Source: Eledone cirrhosa (lineage: Eukaryota). Taken from it: 64,000 bases of DNA. The first letter of the stretch is position 1. Each line of letters begins with the position of its first letter. This document shows, one piece after another, positions 53,805 to 64,000 of the stretch. Both the position numbers and the translations under genes were made by a program. The DNA lies in assembly GCA_964016885.1 (NCBI GenBank), contig OZ024740.1:254324001-254388000 (forward strand), written 5' to 3'. The notes below the pieces were generated by a model. The model saw nothing but the letters and a program-made list of their open reading frames with translations. It was not told the origin of the DNA and searched no databases.

Positions 53805-53861
<57 letters not shown>

Positions 53862-53866
<5 letters not shown>

Positions 53867-56800
53867 CTTACTTTGAATAACTTTGAAATGTTTTGGCCAG
53901 TATTGGCCCAGGCCATGTCTAACTTAATAGCACCACCTGGCAAAGTCTTTCAATTCAGGATTTGGGCACCATGGCCCATTCGAGAAGAGAATTACTGTTT
54001 GCGGAGACATATCCGGGTAAGGGTGGTTTGTCCGGGATTACTTGGAGGAATTTGTCCAAAGACTTCTTGAATTTTGTGTGGTCAGTTTCTGTTTTGACGT
54101 GTCCTGGTGTGATGTTGAAGAGAGCAGGGCCGATTGAGGTGAAATAATTGTGCCGTATTGTTGTTATGAGTTGCGATTTAGATTTTTGAATGGGACGGAT
54201 AGCATGGGGCCCAAGCCTTGGGTGTATCTTGAAGGCGATGCCAACATCATTTGGGCAGTGATGATGGAATATTTTTCACATCATGCAGATAATATAACGC
54301 TGACGGCGACGTTGGAGTGAGTAAAGTTTTAGGTTTTCTAATCGACCCCAGTAGTCAAGGTCGACATGCCATCTATCTTTTTCGTGATTGCCCTTTGAGG
54401 AGCTTCAAGTTTCATGATACTTTGTTTCGTGTGGGGAGACCACAGTGGACAACAGTATTCAAGGTGTGGTCGTGCAAATGTAGAGAAGAGAAGGATAATG
54501 GTGTGGGAATCTCTCGACTGGAAGGTTCTGAGGATCCAGGAACACATTCTGCGGGCCATGTCAACTTTGCTGCTTATATGCGTGGTCCAGCTTATGTTGC
54601 TGTCCACGGTTACTCCCAAGTCTCTGATGTTGTTAGATGCCACGAGAGTTTCCCCGGAGGGAAGGGAGTACGGGAGTTTCAGAGCATCCTCTTTTCCAAA
54701 GTGGATCAGTTCGAATTTGTCTTCGTTCAGTAACATGTTGTTCTTTTCCGCCCATTGGGTAACAGCCAGTAGGTCTGACTGAAGGCTTATCCGGTCATCC
54801 ACGCCATTGATGACCTTTTGGAGCTTGGAATCATCAGTGAAAATTTTAATGTTGCTGTGTTTGATGATGTCAGTGATGTCATTAATATAGATGATGAAGA
54901 GAAGTGGGCTCAATACAGTGCCTTGTGGGACCCCACTACTGACTTTGGCTGGGCTGGATTTGACTCCCTCAACTACAACATGTTGGGTTCTGTTTGACAG
55001 GAAGCTCTTGATCCACTGCAGCAGCTTTCCAGTGACACCAATATTGGACAGCTTTCTCAGTAGAATGTTATGATCAACCCTGTCAAAGGCCTTGCTGAAA
55101 TCAAGGTAGATAACATCAGTGTTGGAACCCTCTCCCAAGGCTCTCAAAATGTCATCAAAGTGATGCAGTAGCTGCGTCAGGCAATCCCTTCCATTACGGA
55201 ATCCATGCTGGTTGGAGTTCAGCATATTGTTACTCTCAAGGAAGTGGGTCATTCGCGATCTCACCACTCTCTCAAATACCTTAATGATATGAGAGGTGAG
55301 TGAGATTGGACGGTAATTCACGGCAAGGGATTTGTTTCCCTTTTTGAAAACTGGGACAACAGACTGGGATAGGTTTTCTGGCACTTATCCAGCATCCAGT
55401 GATTTCCGCCACAGATTGGCAAGAGGAGATGCAAGTTGGTGTTGACACGCCTTCAAGACACAAGCAGGGAACCTATCGGGACCTACTGCTGAATTATGCT
55501 TGATTTCCTTTATTGCCGCCAAGACATCAGGGGCGCCAAACGTTATGTCCGATAAGGTGTAATGGGGAGTAACATCGCCGATACAGCCCAGATCGGCCAT
55601 ATCAGGATTGCTGAAAACAGAGCAGTATTGTTTCTGCAGTATCTCACCCATGGTTTTAGCATTGTCTTGAAGAGTGCCATTTTCATCAATTAGAGGGCCA
55701 ACAGTAGAGCCAGTGATTTTGTGTTTTTTTGCAAATGAAAAGAACACTTTGGGATTGAGTTTGATCTTCTCAATGGCCCAGGCCTCTTCAGCTCTTCTCT
55801 GATTGTTGATGAGGGACATTATGTTGTTTTGGAGGTTATGTTTTTTAATCTCTAGTGATGAAATGGCAGTCAAGTTGATGTGTTGCTGCTGACAGTATTT
55901 CAGCTTGTTGATTTTTTTGTTCGTTCTCTTAATTTTTCTGATGAGCGTTTTTCTATTTCTAGGAATTCTGCTCTTAGATTTGTTTATAGTTCTTAATGGG
56001 GTGTGTTTAGCACATATGTTTGTAACAGTGTCCACAAATGTCTGCCAGGACTTTTTGATGTTAGTGGGTGTATGAGTGTGCGTGAAGGACCAGTCGACAT
56101 GTGCAAGATCATGACTGATCGCTTCCCAGTTTGCATTGTGGAAATCCATAGCGTCAAATGGATGGACAGGAGAGATGACATTGGGTTTGTGTATTGGACG
56201 GTGGAATCTCAGATCACAGAGAACCATGTCATGATCAGAGAGTAGAGTTTTCTCCACTGCAATATTGTGGATATTGTCAGTGTGATTGCTGAAAATTAAG
56301 TCTAGGACGTTTTTGTGGCACCTCGTTGGTTCGAGCACCAGTTGGGATAGGAAGAAATCATCCATGAAGTCAAGAAGCGATTCCACTGCTTCCCTGTCAG
56401 AGGTTGAGGCAGAAGAACCTGGTGGCAGGCTGTTTGTGGACCAGTCAACTCCGGGGAGGTTGAAGTCCCCCATCATTAAGATGTTGTCAGGGTGACACTC
56501 TTGGATGAAACACTTTATGCTGTTGAGGCATTCCTTGAAGCATGGTACAGGCGTTTGGGGTGGCCTATAGAGCCCATCTACTAATAGGTTGTTGGTTTGA
56601 CTGAATACAGTGACTGCTTCACAGTATCCATTAGTGAATATGTTCATAGCCTCTGTTGAGAAAGAATTATGGACATAAATGGCAGTTCCGCCCTTTCTTC
56701 TGCCAGCGCGATCAGCACGGATGGCTTTGAAATTTTTCACTTTCACCTTGGCTTCCAAGTGGAGTTTACTGAGATGGGTTTCAGTGAGGATGAAGAAAGG

Positions 56801-58250
56801 GATGTGGTTTGGATGGACATCAATCCAGTCCTCCAGGAATTTGATCTTCCATTTTTGAGTATTGGTGGAAGGGCTGATGCCTTGGGCGTTAAGCAAAAAT
56901 GTAGAGGCGAGAGTGGATGGTTTTAATTGTTTTGGTGTGTTGTTAATTTGTTTGTTTGTTAATGGCAGCAATGGGAGTTTGTGCAGTGGGGTGATAGTGG
57001 AGGGTGGTGCTGGGTGATAGCTCGAATGTTTTTTTCCAGTTCTTTTGCCAGATTCATTATGGCTAAAAAAGAGGAAGAAGTTTCCTGTTTAGAAGACTGT
57101 TGGTGACTGTGGTAGTGGTTATTTTTATGTAGGTTATGGTTTTTGTTTTTGCTTTTATTTTTAATTATATTTTCATTTGTCCGACGGGTCCCCGGGAGAT
57201 GGGTAAAGGGACAATCCCGGTCTAAACACAATCTGTCTCGCAGGGAAAAGCGGCAGATTTGTGGATTCCCTGTTTGAGTTATTGGTGGTTGGGTTGGTGT
57301 TAAATTAGAGTATGTATTATGGTGGTGGCTGTTTGTGGGGATAGATCGTTTTGTCCTAGGTAAATGGGTGAATTTGCAGCCACTATCCGTACATATTCTA
57401 TAGCGTAGAGAGTAGCGGCAAATGATGGGGTTTCGAGTGGGTGGGTATGTGGGTGTGTGTGTTGTGAGAGGTGTAGATGATGGTTTGAGTAGGATTTGAC
57501 GACCTTTGTGGACTGTGGGAGGGAGAGTTCTTGTTCTGGTATTAGAAGGTAAATTCCTTGACATAGCAGTAGACAAAAATGTTGTAGTAGTAGTAGTAGG
57601 CAGAGAAGATGTTGGCAGTGGTGATGATTGGACTGCTGGGCCAGAGAAAGGATGTGGCGTTTCATGCTGTGAGACAGAGGCTACTGGGAGGTCAATAGTT
57701 TCATTTAGTAGATCGGCCATTGTTGATGAATCAAGGAGTGGTTCACACTGTTGTCGTTGTTGTTGTTGTTGTTGCTGTTGTTGATGTTGTTGTTGTAGTT
57801 GTTGTTGTTGTTGCCGTTGTAGCTGCTGTTGTTGTTGTTGCTGCTGCTGGACAGCATTCGAAGAAAAAACACACCGTAGTTTATCCAAATGTTTATTGAT
57901 TAATTTAAAAGCAATTTCGATTTGCTTTAATTTATTTTGAATCTGTTGTTCAGATCGAGTTTTCAAAAATTGAACTGTACGTTTAGCAATGTCGTTCAGA
58001 GATGAAGCATCTATGTCTTCTGTTTGGGTAAGGCAATGCCATGTGTTTATTAGAATGTCGATTTCATTATCAGACCAGTTCTGTTTGGATTTTTGCTGGT
58101 TAGCCATTCTAGTTTTGAGTGTGTGTGTTTTAGTTAAGTATTTCAATATATATATATTTTTTTTAATTTATTTTTGTTTTTTGTTTTTCTTTTGTGTGAG
58201 TGAGAAGAGTATATATATAAATATGAGTATATATATATATATATATATAT
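53862..58250 (-). mobile_element. CR1/L2-group LINE, near full length, ORF2 frameshifted
   Basis: ORF1 58107-56959. ORF2 has APE motifs (LLNAQG, LTETHL, YRPP, MGDFN, LDL, SDH) and RT motifs (NQHGFR, YLDFSKAFD, GVPQG, FTDD) down to about 53950, with frameshifts near 55385 and 54350. Short TTCAAAGT(TA) repeat tail abuts (TA)n. 5' end approximate. Confidence 0.9.
56959..58107 (-). CDS. LINE ORF1 protein: Myb/SANT-like N-terminus, polyQ, two CCCH fingers
   Basis: NWSDNEIDILINTW...RSEQQIQNKLKQI, a Q-rich tract, then CRYSLRYRICTDSGCKFTH and CRFSLRDRLCLDRDCPFTH (Cx8Cx4Cx3H). Confidence 0.75.
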   Translation of the reverse strand: MANQQKSKQNWSDNEIDILINTWHCLTQTEDIDASSLNDIAKRTVQFLKTRSEQQIQNKLKQIEIAFKLINKHLDKLRCVFSSNAVQQQQQQQQQLQRQQQQQLQQQHQQQQQQQQQRQQCEPLLDSSTMADLLNETIDLPVASVSQHETPHPFSGPAVQSSPLPTSSLPTTTTTTFLSTAMSRNLPSNTRTRTLPPTVHKGRQILLKPSSTPLTTHTPTYPPTRNPIICRYSLRYRICTDSGCKFTHLPRTKRSIPTNSHHHNTYSNLTPTQPPITQTGNPQICRFSLRDRLCLDRDCPFTHLPGTRRTNENIIKNKSKNKNHNLHKNNHYHSHQQSSKQETSSSFLAIMNLAKELEKNIRAITQHHPPLSPHCTNSHCCH

Positions 58251-58384
58251 GTAGATAAATCTACCAAGAGTTTACGGTAGTGTCCAATCCGTATGAAGAA
58301 CTCAATGTAATCCGGATATCATGGAAAGAAGAGATGCAATGAAAAATCACTTTCGGTGAAAGATAAACGGAATACAGAGTCAAG

Positions 58385-59408
58385 ATAAAATATTAAAAAA
58401 ATAATGAATAAAACAATGAAACAGTTCCTTATATTAAACAAAAAAAGTTCATTATTTAACGATCGTTTCTAGGATATATATGTGTTAGAATTGGCATGCA
58501 TATTCAACAGATCTATGTACATATATATATATGTGTGTATATGTATATGTGTGTGTGTGTGTGTGTATGTGTGTATATATATGTATATATATATATATAT
58601 ATATATTTTCTTGATATATTTCTTTTTTCTTTTTCTTTTTCTTTTCTTTTTATTTCCAAGTTTATAGATACATTTATAAATAGGCAGTCTGCTGACACCC
58701 TTGAATACTGACCTCTCCCCCCCCTACCTAATTTCTGTATCTGGATCTAGATATGTGTGGCAGTGTTTATGTGCGTGTATTAATGTCCATATGCTTATGA
58801 TAATAGTATATACACATATATATGTGTGTGGGGGTGTATGTCTGTATGTATGTTCGTAGTTATGTGTATGTTTATGCGTATACGCGCGAGTGTACGGATA
58901 TGTGTGAGTATATGAATGTGTGTATATATTTATTTTATAATTATGTATCTATACGCATTTTATCTGTAGATTATAAACTTACAGAGACATTAGCCTTGAA
59001 TTTTTGTATTTACATACATCTTTTTGGCATGCGTATGCATGTGAACACATATCTTTATGCATATCTGTGAACGAAGTTAATTACATGTATATACACACAC
59101 CTAACTGCATAAACTTTTTTGTATTTTCATTGGTCAATTTGAATTCTGTTCCCAAACAGACCTGAAATTTTGAATTGTTGTTATTATCAATAAATATATT
59201 TCATTATTTCTGAAGACGGCATATATATGTGTTTGGTATGTATATTTAATTTTGATAGTTTGTATAATTTTGTATAATTTTGTACATAGATCTGTTGAAT
59301 ATGCATGCCAATTCTAACACATATATATCCTAGAAACGATCGTTAAATAATGAACTTTTTTTGTTTAATATAAGGAACTGTTTCATTGTTTTATTCATTA
59401 TTTTTTTA

Positions 59409-59417
<9 letters not shown>
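58385..59417 (+). mobile_element. Non-coding Penelope-like mini-element with inverted partial terminal repeat
   Basis: 58385-58521 is the reverse complement of 59281-59417 (137 bp). The right repeat completes a hammerhead and ends in (TA)n. Confidence 0.8.
59200..59354 (+). ncRNA. Type I hammerhead motif with very long stem II
   Basis: Stem I TTCATTATTT/AAATAATGAA (10 bp); core CTGAAGA; stem II ATATATATGTGTT/AACACATATATAT plus TGGTATGTATATTTA/TGAATATGCATGCCA (G-U pairs); GAAA; palindromic stem III ACGATCGT; GUU triplet. Confidence 0.75.
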
Positions 59418-59447
<30 letters not shown>

Positions 59448-59684
59448 TCTGGTTATTTGAAATTAATTAAATTAATGAAAAGACGAAAGTATATAATAAT
59501 AATTTGTAGTTAAAGGAAAATGTACTCACAAGTTGGAAAACACGTGGTTTCAAATATATAATAATATAGATGTATGTAAATGTATTAACCGGTCAATTTT
59601 CAAATATATATAATATATATAAATATACATATATATATATATATAAATATATATAAATATACATATATATATATATAAATATAT

Positions 59685-59715
<31 letters not shown>

Positions 59716-59922
59716 AATATACATATATAAATATATATAAATATACATATATATATATAAATATACATATATATATATATATATATAAATATACATATAT
59801 ATATATATATATAAATATACATATATATATATATATATATATAGTAATAATAATGAAATTGAAGACTAAAATCCAAAGAGGGCTCGATAAGGAAAATATA
59901 TATCAAACATAGAGTAAATATA

Positions 59923-60342
59923 TATTAAAATAACAGATTAAAGTTTAAGCAAAGAATCGCTGCTTTCACCCTTAACGGGATCTTCTGAAACTAACAAAGT
60001 CAATCTGTAAACGCAGAACTGGATATTTCAAAAAACGTTGCAACCGGAGGAAGACAGGAAGACGATACTTTGGTTAGGTATGTTTTCCTGCTTGGTACGG
60101 GTATGTTCTTTGTAGAAATATTCAGATGTTGTTTCTGCATGATGAATATAAGTCAGTAGAGTGCTCAACCGAAGGAGCCAAATATACCTAACCAAAGTAT
60201 CGTCTTCCTGTCTTCCTCCGGTTGCAACGTTTTTTGAAATATCCAGTTCGGCGCTTACAGATTGTCTTTGTTAGTTTCAGAAGATCCCGTTAAGGGTGAA
60301 AGCAGCGATTCTTTGCTTAAACTTTAATCTGTTATTTTAATA
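59923..60342. repeat. Long inverted repeat (159-bp arms, 102-bp spacer), probable Penelope-type fold-back remnant
   Basis: 59923-60081 versus 60184-60342 with about 3 mismatches. Arms contain a degenerate core CAGAAGA-T-CCC GTTAA GGG-T-GAAAGC. Right end in (TA)n. Confidence 0.85.
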
Positions 60343-60373
60343 AATATATATATATATATATAAATATACATAT

Positions 60374-60404
<31 letters not shown>

Positions 60405-60495
60405 AATATATATAAATATACATATATATATAAATATATATAAATATACATATATATATATAAATATACATATATATATATATAAATATATATAA

Positions 60496-60526
<31 letters not shown>

Positions 60527-60527
60527 A

Positions 60528-60570
<43 letters not shown>

Positions 60571-60621
60571 TACATATATATATAAATATACATATATATA
60601 TATATATATAAATATATATAA

Positions 60622-60652
<31 letters not shown>

Positions 60653-60669
60653 AATATATATATAAATAA

Positions 60670-60767
<98 letters not shown>

Positions 60768-60809
60768 TATAAATATATATATAAATAAATATACATATAT
60801 ATATATATA

Positions 60810-63800
60810 TAAGTATGCATGTATACGTACATACATATATGTATACAGACGTACAGTAGCATGCACATATATATATATATATACATATATATATACATAT
60901 GCATACAGGTACACATACATATATGCACGTATCAGTTTAGCGGCGCTTATTATAACGTCGCTTTGTTCGTTTGTAAACAAACTGAACAGCCTGAATTTAT
61001 GCCATACGGTGTTAACGCAACCACGTCACCTTTTTGTTCAACACTGACACAGGAACGATGTACTAGTTTCAAGCTTGTTAGCTATCATCAGCACCGTTTA
61101 CCCATCTGCCAGATAGTTGAACGTTCGAAAGTATATACTTTCCTTATGAAAATTAACGGCTGAGCAGCCTAATTTGCATATTGAGTGAGTTAAATCGGTC
61201 AGGCATACCGAAAACGATAAATTGAAACAAAATGAAAACGAAATTTCATTTCTCACTCTTAGTATGGCACTTACTTAAATGTAAGTATGCATGTATACGT
61301 ACATACATATATGTATACAGACGTACAGTAGCATGCACATATATATATATATATACATATATATATACATATGCATACAGGTACACATACATATATGCAC
61401 GTATCAGTTTAGCGGCGCTTATTATAACGTCGCTTTGTTCGTTTGTAAACAAACTGAACAGCCTGAATTTATGCCATACGGTGTTAAGGCAACCACGTCA
61501 CCTTTTTGTTCAACACTGACACAGGAACGATGTACTAGTTTCAAGCTTGTTAGCTATCATCAGCACCGTTTACCCATCTGCCAGATAGTTGAACGTTCGA
61601 AAGTATATACTTTCCTTATGAAAATTAACGGCTGAGCAGCCTAATTTGCATATTGAGTGAGTTAAATCGGTCAGGCATACCGAAAACGATAAATTGAAAC
61701 AAAATGAAAACGAAATTTCATTTCTCACTCTTAGTATGGCACTTACTTAAATGTAAGTATGCATGTATACGTACATACATATATGTATACAGACGTACAG
61801 TAGCATGCACATATATATATATATATACATATATATATACATATGCATACAGGTACACATACATATATGCACGTATCAGTTTAGCGGCGCTTATTATAAC
61901 GTCGCTTTGTTCGTTTGTAAACAAACTGAACAGCCTGAATTTATGCCATACGGTGTTAAGGCAACCACGTCACCTTTTTGTTCAACACTGACACAGGAAC
62001 GATGTACTAGTTTCAAGCTTGTTAGCTATCATCAGCACCGTTTACCCATCTGCCAGATAGTTGAACGTTCGAAAGTATATACTTTCCTTATGAAAATTAA
62101 CGGCTGAGCAGCCTAATTTGCATATTGAGTGAGTTAAATCGGTCAGGCATACCGAAAACGATAAATTGAAACAAAATGAAAACGAAATTTCATTTCTCAC
62201 TCTTAGTATGGCACTTACTTAAATGTAAGTATGCATGTATACGTACATACATATATGTATACAGACGTACAGTAGCATGCACATATATATATATATATAC
62301 ATATATATATACATATGCATACAGGTACACATACATATATGCACGTATCAGTTTAGCGGCGCTTATTATAACGTCGCTTTGTTCGTTTGTAAACAAACTG
62401 AACAGCCTGAATTTATGCCATACGGTGTTAACGCAACCACGTCACCTTTTTGTTCAACACTGACACAGGAACGATGTACTAGTTTCAAGCTTGTTAGCTA
62501 TCATCAGCACCGTTTACCCATCTGCCAGATAGTTGAACGTTCGAAAGTATATACTTTCCTTATGAAAATTAACGGCTGAGCAGCCTAATTTGCATATTGA
62601 GTGAGTTAAATCGGTCAGGCATACCGAAAACGATAAATTGAAACAAAATGAAAACGAAATTTCATTTCTCACTCTTAGTATGGCACTTACTTAAATGTAA
62701 GTATGCATGTATACGTACATACATATATGTATACAGACGTACAGTAGCATGCACATATATATATATATATACATATATATATACATATGCATACAGGTAC
62801 ACATACATATATGCACGTATCAGTTTAGCGGCGCTTATTATAACGTCGCTTTGTTCGTTTGTAAACAAACTGAACAGCCTGAATTTATGCCATACGGTGT
62901 TAACGCAACCACGTCACCTTTTTGTTCAACACTGACACAGGAACGATGTACTAGTTTCAAGCTTGTTAGCTATCATCAGCACCGTTTACCCATCTGCCAG
63001 ATAGTTGAACGTTCGAAAGTATATACTTTCCTTATGAAAATTAACGGCTGAGCAGCCTAATTTGCATATTGAGTGAGTTAAATCGGTCAGGCATACCGAA
63101 AACGATAAATTGAAACAAAATGAAAACGAAATTTCATTTCTCACTCTTAGTATGGCACTTACTTAAATGTAAGTATGCATGTATACGTACATACATATAT
63201 GTATACAGACGTACAGTAGCATGCACATATATATATATATATACATATATATATACATATGCATACAGGTACACATACATATATGCACGTATCAGTTTAG
63301 CGGCGCTTATTATAACGTCGCTTTGTTCGTTTGTAAACAAACTGAACAGCCTGAATTTATGCCATACGGTGTTAAGGCAACCACGTCACCTTTTTGTTCA
63401 ACACTGACACAGGAACGATGTACTAGTTTCAAGCTTGTTAGCTATCATCAGCACCGTTTACCCATCTGCCAGATAGTTGAACGTTCGAAAGTATATACTT
63501 TCCTTATGAAAATTAACGGCTGAGCAGCCTAATTTGCATATTGAGTGAGTTAAATCGGTCAGGCATACCGAAAACGATAAATTGAAACAAAATGAAAACG
63601 AAATTTCATTTCTCACTCTTAGTATGGCACTTACTTAAATGTAAGTATGCATGTATACGTACATACATATATGTATACAGACGTACAGTAGCATGCACAT
63701 ATATATATATATATATACATATATATATACATATGCATACAGGTACACATACATATATGCACGTATCAGTTTAGCGGCGCTTATTATAACGTCGCTTTGT

Positions 63801-64000
63801 TCGTTTGTAAACAAACTGAACAGCCTGAATTTATGCCATACGGTGTTAAGGCAACCACGTCACCTTTTTGTTCAACACTGACACAGGAACGATGTACTAG
63901 TTTCAAGCTTGTTAGCTATCATCAGCACCGTTTACCCATCTGCCAGATAGTTGAACGTTCGAAAGTATATACTTTCCTTATGAAAATTAACGGCTGAGCA
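60810..64000 (-). repeat. 472-bp tandem array (about 6.8 units, continues past the window end), hammerhead-bearing
   Basis: Period 472 (ORF starts 60819, 61291, 61763, 62235, 62707, 63179, 63651). Units are identical except for one C/G site and a 2-nt TA expansion in the last unit. Confidence 0.97.
61036..61122 (-). ncRNA. Type I hammerhead ribozyme, unit 1 (cores at 61054-61098, 61526-61570, 61998-62042, 62470-62514, 62942-62986, 63414-63458, 63888-63932)
   Basis: AACGGTG-CTGATGA-T-AGCT AACA AGCT-T-GAAA-CTAG-TA-CATCGTT, with perfect core boxes, a GUA triplet and palindromic stem III ACTAGT. Stem I extends through TGGG/CCTG, CTGGCA/TGTCAG and GTTCAAC/GTTGAAC. Confidence 0.88.

Noticed and set aside
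60819-63997. Repeated 114-, 95- and 68-aa ORFs in the tandem array
   Set aside because: They begin in or cross the TA/CA low-complexity part, show no recognisable domain, and recur only because the DNA is repeated.
60810-64000. Possible CRISPR array or tandem rRNA/snRNA gene cluster
   Set aside because: There are no unique spacers, the context is eukaryotic, and I see no 5S, tRNA or spliceosomal snRNA sequence in the unit.

Overview
AT-rich animal genomic DNA, probably a cephalopod such as octopus. That assignment is inferred from the SINE, RTE and (TA)n content and is not proven. The only host gene I can support is the 5' part of C1QBP/p32 (two minus-strand exons, 6214-5911 and 2644-2494). 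Almost everything else is mobile DNA. From about 8.8 to 30.4 kb, one decayed Rex3/Expander-like RTE has been split by six nested LTR insertions: three CsRn1-type tRNA-Trp-primed Gypsy elements, two solo LTRs and one GC-rich Gypsy. From about 33 to 64 kb, a (TA)n microsatellite field hosts many 5'-truncated RTE LINEs, two Penelope-like elements and a CR1/L2-group LINE. The most striking signal is hammerhead ribozymes. A near-identical 472-bp tandem array (60810 to the window end) carries a type I hammerhead on the minus strand in each of its 7 units, resembling a retrozyme or ribozyme satellite. Three non-coding inverted-repeat mini-elements and one Penelope 3' end also carry hammerhead or hammerhead-like cores. 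Together these suggest a (TA)n-associated Penelope/retrozyme system. Two LTR elements also have 32-nt tRNA-Trp primer-binding sites, one of them duplicated. All alignments and folds were done by eye; no searches were run.
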